Shown here: positions 9,552 through 19,033 of the stretch, one piece after another
Layout: each line of letters begins with the position of its first letter
Numbering within the stretch: the stretch's first letter is position 1
Assembly (NCBI GenBank): GCA_039030515.1
Contig: JBCCEA010000032.1
Location: forward strand, 1-42,523
Source of the DNA: Myxococcota bacterium
GTDB lineage: Bacteria > Myxococcota_A > Polyangia > Polyangiales > Houyiibacteriaceae
DNA: 42,523 nucleotides
Direction: 5' to 3'
Translations under genes and position numbers: made by a program
Notes under the pieces: model-generated
Database searches by the model: none
Seen by the model: only the letters and a program-made list of their open reading frames with translations
What the model was told of the DNA's origin: nothing

Positions 9552-11767
9552 CAGTCCCTGGTGCGCATAGCGATCTTCAGCAGGCGTCTCTCCCGAGAGA
9601 CCGCGGCCCTCGCGTTCCAGTTCCGCGACTTTCGCTTGCAATTCGGATGGCCGTGCACGCTCTTGCGGGATTCCTCTGGCTCTATCCGTTGACGACGCCG
9701 TTTGCGGTTTTGGTGTCTGCCGCTTGCGCAGCCTTTGGGGCTGGACTGGGCGCAGCCATCGCGGCGACGCGCCTTCGCTCTTTTGCCTGTATCCCGATCG
9801 TACTTCTGCTGATTCCCCTCGGGAGTCTTCTCAACTACCTGGTTTCCAGTACCGAGATCGTTCCGTTCCTGCTCGGACCGACAAGCGCGGTTGTGATAGG
9901 AGAAATTGCGTTTTTCTCTCTTGCCGCACTATCGACTTCTGCCGTTCTGGTTCTGCTCTCCTTACGCGTTTCGGTATTCCTAGCGGTGGAGGCCACGCTG
10001 GTCGCGTCGTCGCTTGTGAATTTGGTTGTCTCGCACCGCATGGGCGCCATTCATCGACCCTTTTCGGTAGCCGACCCGATTCTTGCCCGCGGGGGAGATC
10101 CAACTTTAGCGCTCTTACTTTTCGGCGCCGGAACCACCGTAGTGATCGTACTGCTCTTGCTTGACGAGCGTCGTCCCTGGCGGATTCTGCTTCATTTGGG
10201 TGTTGTCGCGCTTCTCTTGGGTGTTGTTGCGCTGTTTGTGCGTCAATCTGGATTGCCCACCCCGCCACCTCCGGAGGCCGGCCTTGGCCTGCAGGGAACA
10301 AGCGAAGAGAACGCGGAATCCATTTCGGGTCGAGGTGGCAAAGGAACCAACGAGAATCTTGAGTTTCAAGACAACTACGATTCAAGTGGGAATCAGGCTC
10401 CCGTAGCTGTCGTATTATTTCATGATGACTACAGTTCGCCGACCGGAGTTTATTATTTCCGTCAGGGCGCATTTAGTCAGTACAACGGGCGACGTTTGGT
10501 TCAATCGACGCTTCCTTCTGCAGATCGAGACATCGCGTTGCGATTCCCAACCGTACGTGCGGTAGATCCTTCGGACGCGCCTGATGAGGATGCCGCGCGG
10601 CAGCCGGTCGAAACCACAGTCGCTTTGCTCTCCGACCACATTCGTCCGTTTGGACTCGAAGCGCCTGTCTCCTTTGGGCCAGCTTCGAATCCTGATCCGG
10701 CTCGATTCAAGCGAACCTACACCGTGAGTTCACTGTCGATGTCCCGGGGTTACTTCGATCTGCTTTTCTCACCTCTAGGCAACCCTGAGTGGTCAGACGC
10801 CGAGCGCGCGCATTATCTGGATGCTCCCGAAGACCGTCGCTATCGAGAGCTTGCGGAGTCGATCATCGAAGAAGCGTTGCCTGCGCATCTCAGGGCTTTG
10901 CCGCTTGCACGGGCCTTTGCCGTAGCGAAGTGGTTGGGAGAAAAAGGCGTATACAGTTTACGCAGCGATCATGCCCAGGCAGCAGATCCGACTGCGCATT
11001 TTTTGTTTGGAGACCTCAAGGGGTACTGTGTCCACTTTGCGCACGCCGGGACCTATCTCTTACGCACGCTCGGCATCGCTGCCCGAGTCGCTACGGGTTA
11101 CGCGGTTTCCGAGAGTGCTCGGCATGGTGGATCGGCACTGCTGCTCAGTGGCGCCAACAGCCATGCATGGCCCGAGGTATACGTGGACGGCTTTGGTTGG
11201 TTGGTTCTCGACATCCAGCCTCAATCGACCCTCGATCCACCTCCGAGCGCACCCGATCCAGAGCTGCAGAGGCTTTTAGGCGAGCTGGCTCGAGGCCTTC
11301 ATCCCTTGCCGGTCGAAGGTATGAGGAGTTTCTCGGAACTAAAAGATAGTGCAGCTGGTTTCGCGAAGACCGCCGCGATGCTCCTCGGTATCTCTCTTGG
11401 TATTGCGGCGCTCATCATGGTCTTCATCAAGTCTTACCGACGTCTTATTCCCCGGATTGCAAAGGACCGCGATCAACCGCGTCTCGCCTATCGACGCGAG
11501 CTCGACCGGCTTAGTGAGCATGGGCTCTCGCGGTTGCGAGGTGAAACGCGCGAGGGGTTTGCCCTAAGGGTGGCGGCCATTGCGCCCTCCTTCCGAAACC
11601 TGACGCGAGTGCATCTTGAAGCTACTTTTGGTAGAGCTGGTGACCACCTGGGGAACGGAGCTCGGCAGTCGGCTGATGCCGTTCGAGCAGAGATCCGTGC
11701 GGCTTTTCCTCGATTTCGCCGTTGGTTTGGCTTGATTCGATTCTGGTCCTTTTTACGATCCAGGTGA
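9548..11767 (+). CDS. Membrane-anchored transglutaminase-like protein (TgpA-like)
   Basis: Multi-TM N-terminus; Cys-His-Asp triad motifs GYCVHFA, HAWPEVY, WLVLD. Confidence 0.9.
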   Translation: MTVPGAHSDLQQASLPRDRGPRVPVPRLSLAIRMAVHALAGFLWLYPLTTPFAVLVSAACAAFGAGLGAAIAATRLRSFACIPIVLLLIPLGSLLNYLVSSTEIVPFLLGPTSAVVIGEIAFFSLAALSTSAVLVLLSLRVSVFLAVEATLVASSLVNLVVSHRMGAIHRPFSVADPILARGGDPTLALLLFGAGTTVVIVLLLLDERRPWRILLHLGVVALLLGVVALFVRQSGLPTPPPPEAGLGLQGTSEENAESISGRGGKGTNENLEFQDNYDSSGNQAPVAVVLFHDDYSSPTGVYYFRQGAFSQYNGRRLVQSTLPSADRDIALRFPTVRAVDPSDAPDEDAARQPVETTVALLSDHIRPFGLEAPVSFGPASNPDPARFKRTYTVSSLSMSRGYFDLLFSPLGNPEWSDAERAHYLDAPEDRRYRELAESIIEEALPAHLRALPLARAFAVAKWLGEKGVYSLRSDHAQAADPTAHFLFGDLKGYCVHFAHAGTYLLRTLGIAARVATGYAVSESARHGGSALLLSGANSHAWPEVYVDGFGWLVLDIQPQSTLDPPPSAPDPELQRLLGELARGLHPLPVEGMRSFSELKDSAAGFAKTAAMLLGISLGIAALIMVFIKSYRRLIPRIAKDRDQPRLAYRRELDRLSEHGLSRLRGETREGFALRVAAIAPSFRNLTRVHLEATFGRAGDHLGNGARQSADAVRAEIRAAFPRFRRWFGLIRFWSFLRSR

Positions 11768-11780
11768 GTTAGGAGTCTCG

Positions 11781-12845
11781 ATGGAACACACGGCGACAGA
11801 GACAGCTCGCGCTACGGTAGATTCGTTTTCTCTTTCCGAGGCCTCGATGATACTCGAGCGTTTGACCGACCGACTCAAAGCTGCAGTTCAGGGTCGGGAC
11901 CGCGAGATCGAGCTCATCGTGATCGCCCTGATGGCGGACGGTCATGTGCTTCTTGAGGATTTTCCCGGATCGGGAAAGACGACCCTAGCCCGCGCCCTCG
12001 GAGAATCCATCGTCGGGGAGGATGGCTCGGGTGCAGATGAAGCGACCTTGACGGGGACTGCCCGGCATGGGCTTCCCACGTTTCGACGTTTGCAGTTCAC
12101 CCCCGATCTGCTGCCGAGCGACATCACCGGAACGAATGTGTTCGAGCCGGAGCGGGGGAGCTTTCAATTTCGTGCAGGACCGATCTTTGCGCATGTGGTG
12201 CTCGCGGATGAGATCAATCGAACCTCCCCAAAGGTTCAGGCAGCGATGCTCGAGGCGATGGCGGAAAAACAGATTACGGTCGACGACCGCACGCATCCTT
12301 TGGGTGATCTTTTCTTCGTGATCGCGACTCAGAATCCTCATGATTTGGCGGGAACGTATCCGCTTCCGACGCCTCAGCTGGATCGTTTTCTGTTCAAGAT
12401 AAAAATGACGCCGATCGACCGCGAATCTGAGCTCCTGGTGCTTCAACAATATCCTCAGGAACGTCTTGCCTTGGCTCGGGAAAAAGAAACGGTGTCGATC
12501 GATACCCTGGTCCAAGCGCGGAGTTTGCTGCGATCTCGGATCACCGTCGCCCCCTGGATCAAGGAGTCGCTCGTCGATTTTGCGAGGGCCATCAGGTCAG
12601 ACGAACGTGTCCTCGCTGGTGCATCGACCCGATCTTTGGTGCTCATGCTGCCTGCGTTACAGGCCCGCGCCTTGAAAGCAGGGAGAGACTACGTGTCGCC
12701 TGAGGACTTTGAAGCGTTGGCGCCCTACGTTTTTGAACACCGAATCGAGTGCGCTCCAGGAGTCGAAGAGGTCCAGGACGTGCTCAAGGTACACCTAAGC
12801 GCTCAAATGGAGACGTTGGCGCAGCGAAGTCTACGCGGTCGCTAG
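11781..12845 (+). CDS. MoxR-family AAA+ ATPase
   Basis: HVLLEDFPGSGKT, RLQFTPDLLPSDITG, LADEINR, ATQNP, QLDRF. Confidence 0.95.
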   Translation: MEHTATETARATVDSFSLSEASMILERLTDRLKAAVQGRDREIELIVIALMADGHVLLEDFPGSGKTTLARALGESIVGEDGSGADEATLTGTARHGLPTFRRLQFTPDLLPSDITGTNVFEPERGSFQFRAGPIFAHVVLADEINRTSPKVQAAMLEAMAEKQITVDDRTHPLGDLFFVIATQNPHDLAGTYPLPTPQLDRFLFKIKMTPIDRESELLVLQQYPQERLALAREKETVSIDTLVQARSLLRSRITVAPWIKESLVDFARAIRSDERVLAGASTRSLVLMLPALQARALKAGRDYVSPEDFEALAPYVFEHRIECAPGVEEVQDVLKVHLSAQMETLAQRSLRGR

Positions 12846-12848
12846 TCC

Positions 12849-14912
12849 GTGATGCGGATCGGCCGAACATCCTTAGCGCTCGCCGTCTATGCGGCGGTGC
12901 TCTGCACTCTGGTTTCTTTGGCCGGGAGACAGTTCGTTCGAGCTCAGGGTTCCCTGGCTGCTGTGCGCGTTCCGGTGCCGCCCGGTGGTGAGGCAACTGA
13001 GGAGGAACTGTCGGCGTATCGACTGGCGCGCGGCCGTAAGACCATCGAGGCCCGGGAAACAGCAGAGCGGATACTCGAGACCAACGCAGGTTCTTATGTG
13101 GCCCACTTTGTACTGGGGTTCGTGCACCACTATGGCGAGGGCAGCTATCCGAGAGCGCTCTATCACCACCTTGAGGCCCTGAGGCTCTTCGAGACGCAAT
13201 ACGGATCGCGTCCGAACCTAGATCAACGCTGGAGGTGGCATGCTCGCATTTTGCGTGAGCTTGCGATGACCCACGGAGATCTGGAGCATTTCCGAGAGCA
13301 GTTGAGTTTATTCACCCTGCACAACGAGCTTTATGAGCCGGACTTACTGGCGCAGCGCGCTTGGCCGTTGATGAAAATGCGTCGGTTTGATGCGGCACGC
13401 CTGTCCGCAAGAGAGGCGTTGCAGCACGGGGATCCCATGCAGGTGGAGGTCGCGCTCAATGCGCTTTGCGCTATCGAGTTTGAGGCTGGAGATGACGAGG
13501 CGAGTTATACGGCATGCAAAAATGCTGTGGACCACGCGAAGCGTCAGGGGGGTGCTTCAGCGGTCGACTTGACCAATTTTGCTGAGGCATCGCGGTCTCT
13601 ATTTAAGCTCAGCGAGGCAGAGCGGGTACTTCAAGAGGCCACGTCGGCACCTGTTTCATGGTACGGCAACCCCTGGATCGAGCTTGCGGAGCTTTACACT
13701 AGGCAGGGACGTTTTCCGGAAGCTCTCGACGCTCTCAAGAAGATCGAGAACTATCGTCGGCGACGCCCGGCCCATGTGCGCCATGTCGATCGTAATGAAG
13801 GTCGCCGGGCAGCGTCGGCTTTCTTGCTTGTCGTCGGGCATGCGGAACCGGCTCTAGAACTGGCCGCCCCGGCACTTCAGCTTCCTGATCGCAGGGCGCA
13901 CAACAGTCGTGATCCGATGCAGGATCGCGCTATCGCCGCCTTGATCGATCGTCGAGCGCGCCTAACGGTCGCGGAGTGTCTGCAGGAGCAGTCTTCCGCG
14001 CTGACGTTACTTCGTGGCTTTTTCCCCCGCGTGTGGGCTTTCGGCCGGGCTAGCTGGCAGCGGATGCTTGCATGGTCGAGTGGGCGGCAGGCGGCGAGAG
14101 CGCTTTCGGACGATGAACGTCTGGTTGGTTTCCTAAGAGTCGGTACTTCTGAGAGCGCCATTCTCCCACCTTGGCTTGCTGGGGAGGTCGTCGAAGTGAT
14201 GGGGGCGGGAGTCGTTCGCGAAGCCATTCGTCGGGCGCGCGATCGTGACAAGCGTAGAGATGCTTCAGCCTATTACGATGCGTTTGAGTGTGAGACGGAG
14301 TTCGCAACTTCCGCGTTCTCAAAGGCGCTGTCACTCTGCGAACGTTCGCTGGTCGCGCTTGGACCCTCTGAAGTATTGCTTGCGGCAAGGGCTCATGCCT
14401 TGGCGGCGGTTGCAGCAGAGCGTTTGGGTGCAGTCTCACTGTCGCTCTACCATTTCGATCTCGCCTTTCAGCGCGATCCTGGCGTATTTCGCAGGCTAGG
14501 CATAGAGGTTCCGGTGACGGTTTCCGCACGTGGGTCCAATGGGGAAGAGATCGCGAGCCGACTTTTGAGTTCCCCGCGCTTTCGTGAGGGCTCGATCGGA
14601 GCATTGAGGCTAGACGTCGACTTTGCCGAGGATGAAGGGCGCATTTGTCTTATGGGCGGAGGACAGACGGTGCTGACTTGCGACGAATACCCGTCCAATG
14701 CGTCTCAGCAGTTTTCTTCCTCGACTTCGTCACCGAGCGAGGGAGACCAGGAGCCTTCTACGCAAAGTGCCGGCGAAGTACTGATTCAAGGATTCCTCAA
14801 GAAGGCATTCGCTCCGAGAATGGATCTAAGTCAGCAAGACATTCAGGGCCTCGACGGCAGCAACGAAGTAATCCGCGATCCCCTTGAGCTTCTCCTGCCG
14901 CCTCGAAGATAA
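12849..14912 (+). CDS. Secreted TPR-like helical repeat protein
   Basis: 687 aa; signal-like N-terminus, alanine-rich helical repeats; starts just after moxR. Confidence 0.65.
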   Translation: MMRIGRTSLALAVYAAVLCTLVSLAGRQFVRAQGSLAAVRVPVPPGGEATEEELSAYRLARGRKTIEARETAERILETNAGSYVAHFVLGFVHHYGEGSYPRALYHHLEALRLFETQYGSRPNLDQRWRWHARILRELAMTHGDLEHFREQLSLFTLHNELYEPDLLAQRAWPLMKMRRFDAARLSAREALQHGDPMQVEVALNALCAIEFEAGDDEASYTACKNAVDHAKRQGGASAVDLTNFAEASRSLFKLSEAERVLQEATSAPVSWYGNPWIELAELYTRQGRFPEALDALKKIENYRRRRPAHVRHVDRNEGRRAASAFLLVVGHAEPALELAAPALQLPDRRAHNSRDPMQDRAIAALIDRRARLTVAECLQEQSSALTLLRGFFPRVWAFGRASWQRMLAWSSGRQAARALSDDERLVGFLRVGTSESAILPPWLAGEVVEVMGAGVVREAIRRARDRDKRRDASAYYDAFECETEFATSAFSKALSLCERSLVALGPSEVLLAARAHALAAVAAERLGAVSLSLYHFDLAFQRDPGVFRRLGIEVPVTVSARGSNGEEIASRLLSSPRFREGSIGALRLDVDFAEDEGRICLMGGGQTVLTCDEYPSNASQQFSSSTSSPSEGDQEPSTQSAGEVLIQGFLKKAFAPRMDLSQQDIQGLDGSNEVIRDPLELLLPPRR

Positions 14913-14925
14913 ACCCCCCGATTCA

Positions 14926-15074
14926 CCTGACCAGGTACGGTGATCCATTCGCGATCTGCCCGACCAGGTACGGTGACCCATTCGCGATCTGCCTGACCAG
15001 GTACGGTGAATCGCCTGACCAGGTACGGTGAACCGCGGTGATCCATTCGCGATCTGCCTGACCAGGTACGGTGA
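14926..15074. repeat. Intergenic modular repeat array: 5 x CCTGACCAGGTACGGTGA with 3 copies of the linker CCATTCGCGATCTG
   Basis: Cores start at 14926, 14959, 14992, 15014 and 15057, between convergent genes. Confidence 0.9.
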
Positions 15075-15103
15075 ACTGTGGCGGAGGAAGTGGATGCAGC
15101 GGA

Positions 15104-16420
15104 TCAGTCGAGAAAGTAGTTGATCCCAATCGTGAAAAAATAGGAGTCCACCCTGTAGTCTCCTGCACAACCGAATTTTAGCTGGGAATTCTCAGCGCAG
15201 TTCTGAGGGTGATTGTTCGACACAGAAGCTCTGCCGCCACCCCAGGAGAATGCTCCGCCTACATCGAAAGAGTCCGTGCGTAAGCCGATGCCCCCATACG
15301 CACCCAGCTGGTAGCCAGGGGGTGGGGTGAAGACGCTATGGGTCGAGCTAGGTGTTGCCGAGTTGCCCGCGCTTGCTCCAACGCGCAAGGCGATGTTCGG
15401 TATGACCCAGAACTCTGCGCCCATGAGCCCCTGGTAGACGTTCTTCCAATCAAAAGGCACGTTGATGGCGTTCAAGCTTTCGATCGGCACATCGGGTAAA
15501 CGAAAAATCTGCCGGCGGTTCGCTTCCCGGTGAAACTGCACTCGACCTTCAACCGTGACGATGAGTCGCTCATTTAGGAAATGAAAAGCCCCTCCCCCTC
15601 GAATCATGTGGGGCACATTCCAGCGAGCGTTCGTGTCAAAACTGAGTTGGTTCCCGAACGATGAAAGAGCAAACTTGGTCGTGCCGCTCATATCGATGTA
15701 TGTTTTCGAGCGATAGACAAAGCCCAAGTGAACCCTCGGATGAGGTTCGTACTGTAAACCAAGAAGTACGCCCGGGATGCCTACGCCACGAACCGACTGG
15801 TCGACGGGCTGCCAGAGATCGGGGAGAATCTCCTGATGCATCGAGACTTCCTGACGAGCAAAAGGAAGTCGAGCGGAGATTCCAACTCGTAGCTGGTCGC
15901 TGATGTTGAATGCCGCAGCGGTCGCGAGTTCCCAAACCACCAGGACGACCGTCTGATCCTGAGGTTTGTCGAGCTCTACTTGATCGTAGGGGCCGACAAC
16001 CGGTACGTCTTGAAACCCTCCTCCAAATCCCGTTTGGACGTAGGCGCCTACGCCAAGCGTGAGCCTGCGATGAACACGGTAGCCCCCACCAACCATCAAG
16101 AGCGGCGCAATGATCGGGCCGCTGTCTCGCTCCGAACCCGGGCCGGCTAAAGGCGCGTTGTATCTCACCAGCAGCGGTGTTGCTGCCAGGGAAAGGTTCA
16201 AGCTTTGCAAGTTCGCGAGTCCTGCAGGGTTGTGGTACATGCTCGAGCCGTCCGCGACGTCTGCGACCACCGCCCCTGCCATGGCGCTTGCCCTCGCGCC
16301 ATACACCCCAGGAGGTTCCGGGTTCGCACGCACCGGACGGGGTGTCGCGAGTCCAGAAAATGCGATCGATGCATAGAGCATGAAAAAGGCTTTGGTGGAA
16401 CCAAAATCTCTTAGAGGCAT
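15104..16420 (-). CDS. FadL/OmpP1-family outer-membrane hydrophobic compound transporter
   Basis: 'GARASAMAGA..A.....SSMYHNPAGL' hatch motif, beta-barrel alternation, C-terminal 'GINYF'; start uncertain (16543, 16420 or 16381). Confidence 0.85.
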   Translation of the reverse strand: MPLRDFGSTKAFFMLYASIAFSGLATPRPVRANPEPPGVYGARASAMAGAVVADVADGSSMYHNPAGLANLQSLNLSLAATPLLVRYNAPLAGPGSERDSGPIIAPLLMVGGGYRVHRRLTLGVGAYVQTGFGGGFQDVPVVGPYDQVELDKPQDQTVVLVVWELATAAAFNISDQLRVGISARLPFARQEVSMHQEILPDLWQPVDQSVRGVGIPGVLLGLQYEPHPRVHLGFVYRSKTYIDMSGTTKFALSSFGNQLSFDTNARWNVPHMIRGGGAFHFLNERLIVTVEGRVQFHREANRRQIFRLPDVPIESLNAINVPFDWKNVYQGLMGAEFWVIPNIALRVGASAGNSATPSSTHSVFTPPPGYQLGAYGGIGLRTDSFDVGGAFSWGGGRASVSNNHPQNCAENSQLKFGCAGDYRVDSYFFTIGINYFLD

Positions 16421-16545
16421 GGTCTCTTTCTGCAGGAATCTACGCACGCGATCCGAGCTCGGATTTTTGGAAACGTGTCGAGGCATAAGTTGAAATCGAG
16501 CCGACGATATCTGCTTTTTCAACCTCACGCCAATCAGAAACACAC

Positions 16546-16586
16546 TAGAACATGTTCTCCTTGAGACGGTATTAGAACATGTTTCA
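16546..16586. promoter_or_regulatory. Two palindromic operator boxes (TAGAACATGTTCTC, TAGAACATGTTTCA), TnnAACnnGTTnnA type
   Basis: Perfect palindrome AGAACATGTTCT at 16547-16558; second copy 27 bp away; directly upstream of the fadL-like gene. Confidence 0.6.
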
Positions 16587-16613
16587 AATCGCTGTGAGTA
16601 GAGTCTTCGATCT

Positions 16614-18914
16614 TTAGAATCCTAAATCGTCGGAGCGAACCGGTGGCAGTTGTGGTGAAAGGCGAACCATAGCCCGGCCTCGTTCAGTCCGGTATCTCTC
16701 GTAGAATGCAAGTACTAGGCGCACGTATCGGTGCGTCTGTTCAAAGGGAATTAGTTCGATAAACGCATCGACCTGCATTGTACTTGATCGGCTTGCTAAC
16801 CATCGTCTGACGTTATGTGGCCCTCCGTTATAGGCAGCAATCGCGAGGGGCATCGAGTTGTCAAATCGGTGCAGCAGCGACTTCAGATACCATGTTCCGA
16901 TATCGATATTGGTTGCAGGATCGAGAAGATCCGTAACGTCAAAGTCGATATCGAGCTCTTCCGCAACGCTTCGGGCAGTGCGTGGCATGATCTGCATCAG
17001 ACCGATCGCACCGACAGACGATACAATCGTAGCGCGATAGAGGCTTTCTTTGCGCATGATCGCGTAAATCAAATCTTCATCAACTCCGTGTCGAGCCGAG
17101 GCCGCCGCTACAATTTCTCGGTAGGCTCTCGGATACCGCTCGAACCGATGGCCGAATGCTAGTGCCGTGCCGATATCGCCAAGGTGCTTGGCGGCAGTCG
17201 CAAGCGTTCTCCTGTCGCCTCGAGTGAGCGTGTCCGGACCACGAACGACGGGATTTTCTCGTTCACCTCCTCGGCAAACCGCTTCTAGTCCATCTCTTTG
17301 AAAGGGGTCGCTTCGACCGTTGTGCCACGCAAGAAAAGTTTCTCTTAGTTCTTCCGTAGCGCCTCGAGACTCCCCAAGGCGCAGCAGAACTCGTGCTCTA
17401 GCGATAAAAGGATAGTCGTTCCCAGCTCGTAGTGCCGCATTCGAAAGTGAGTTGGATATCGTCGTGAGGTTAGAAGTATCTTGATAGTCTCGTCTCTCTC
17501 TCCCGCCGCGGGATCGTATCCCTTCGTCTTCTGGCAGATACTGCCGAGCTAGCAGTGCATAGAGCTGACCCGTTGTTTGGTCGGAACGCTGCAGTGTACG
17601 GAACTCCTGGGCTGCTTCTACCGGAGCCTCGCGATGGAGTAGACTGGCACGGTGGTAGCGTGCCGCGATTCCTAACTTTGACTTTGGCTGTGCTTCGCTC
17701 AGCACTCGATCGAGTAGTGCGACTGTCAAATCATCACTTGCGGTGCCTTTAACGATCATCGCGTACTCAAAGTCTTCCTCAGGGGAAAGTGGCTGCTCAA
17801 GTTGGCGTTCGATCAGCCGATTCACGTCGCGACGACGACCGTTGCGAGCCACCGCTGCAAGGTGATTCGAGCCCGTTGAGAGATTCTTATCGATGAGTGC
17901 GCTGTCGCTGTATTCAGATGTTCTTATGCGCACGATCGCATTCTGAACTTCATTTCTGCGTTTTATTAGAGACTCTCTCAGCTCCTGGTCCTCGATGGGA
18001 GTACTGAGTGCAAGTTTTAGTAGGTCGTGGGCCTGCTCGTATCGTCCCGCTCTTCTAGCTATGTTAAATCGCAACTCTAGCAATCTGGCGCGCTCCGCCT
18101 CTGACAGTGAGCTTTCGTGCCTAGACCATAAGTCTTCAATCGCCCTCGCGGCATCTTGGATCGGTCCCGTTCGAGTCCAGCGGACCATCCTTTCCACCTG
18201 CTGACTCAAACTCATCGGTTCTAGCTCCACATCGAGGAGATCAACGCTGCCCAGCAGTTCCTCTGCTTGTGCAGCAGCTTTGCTACCCGGATAGAGCATG
18301 ACGATATCTCGTGCCACCAACGCCGCGCGCGTCTGTGACCCCTGATCTCGTTGATGACGTGCATATTCGAGGTGAAGCAAGGGAAGTGACGGCAGTGCCG
18401 GATAGGTCTGGCCGAGTGCGCGCAACTCGCTTTCAGCCCAACTGTAGCCTGCGCGTACGAGACATCGAGCACGCTCCACAGCTGCATGAACTCGGATCGC
18501 GCTTAGCGGGCTGGTGGCTGCATCCCGGAGTGCTTCGCACGCATCTGCAGGTTGCTGTGTATGAAGAAGTATCTGTCCACGTAGGAGTGCGAAGCGATCG
18601 ATGATTTCAGGAAAAGCGTCTTCAAGTATAGAAAGATCTCGCAAGGCTGTATCAAACGTGCCCTGGGCGACCTGGTCGAAGACACCTCGATAGAGACATC
18701 GGGCCTCCTCGTCGCTCAGAAGTCCATCGGGGGAAGCCTCCAGGCAGGGAGAAACGGCCGGCATCTCATCCTGCACGCGGCGACCGAGCTGCGCTTGCGG
18801 ACTTGGGTCCCGCCGGGTCTGCTTTTGAGGTCTCGGGATACGCTCTGGCGACAGCCCGTGAGGTGGACTGAAGAGCGTGAGAAGGCCGATGAGTACCAGG
18901 TATTGCCTATGCAT
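16614..18914 (-). CDS. Soluble lytic transglycosylase (Slt70-like, TPR-like + SLT domain)
   Basis: 'AIMRKES', 'GAIGLMQIMP.TA', 'AAYNGG', 'IPFEQTHRYV'; probable start MHRQYLVLIG (signal peptide). Confidence 0.9.
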   Translation of the reverse strand: MHRQYLVLIGLLTLFSPPHGLSPERIPRPQKQTRRDPSPQAQLGRRVQDEMPAVSPCLEASPDGLLSDEEARCLYRGVFDQVAQGTFDTALRDLSILEDAFPEIIDRFALLRGQILLHTQQPADACEALRDAATSPLSAIRVHAAVERARCLVRAGYSWAESELRALGQTYPALPSLPLLHLEYARHQRDQGSQTRAALVARDIVMLYPGSKAAAQAEELLGSVDLLDVELEPMSLSQQVERMVRWTRTGPIQDAARAIEDLWSRHESSLSEAERARLLELRFNIARRAGRYEQAHDLLKLALSTPIEDQELRESLIKRRNEVQNAIVRIRTSEYSDSALIDKNLSTGSNHLAAVARNGRRRDVNRLIERQLEQPLSPEEDFEYAMIVKGTASDDLTVALLDRVLSEAQPKSKLGIAARYHRASLLHREAPVEAAQEFRTLQRSDQTTGQLYALLARQYLPEDEGIRSRGGRERRDYQDTSNLTTISNSLSNAALRAGNDYPFIARARVLLRLGESRGATEELRETFLAWHNGRSDPFQRDGLEAVCRGGERENPVVRGPDTLTRGDRRTLATAAKHLGDIGTALAFGHRFERYPRAYREIVAAASARHGVDEDLIYAIMRKESLYRATIVSSVGAIGLMQIMPRTARSVAEELDIDFDVTDLLDPATNIDIGTWYLKSLLHRFDNSMPLAIAAYNGGPHNVRRWLASRSSTMQVDAFIELIPFEQTHRYVRLVLAFYERYRTERGRAMVRLSPQLPPVRSDDLGF

Positions 18915-19033
18915 AACCCGCGCTGAAGTGAAAGGACTGACCTGCCGCTGCAGTTTTACTTGCCTGAGCGGAGAATCCACAGTCTGTCGCAATCTGGTTG
19001 GTCGTGGTAGCGTGTTCGCATTCGAGGACGACG

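Noticed and set aside
14926..15074. Possible CRISPR array
   Set aside because: The repeat is only 18 bp, spacers are repeated and irregular (4-25 bp), and no cas genes are in the window.
16546..16586. LexA/SOS box interpretation of the GAAC..GTTC palindrome
   Set aside because: The spacer is 2 bp rather than the 4 bp of the GAAC-N4-GTTC box, and the downstream gene is a lipid channel.
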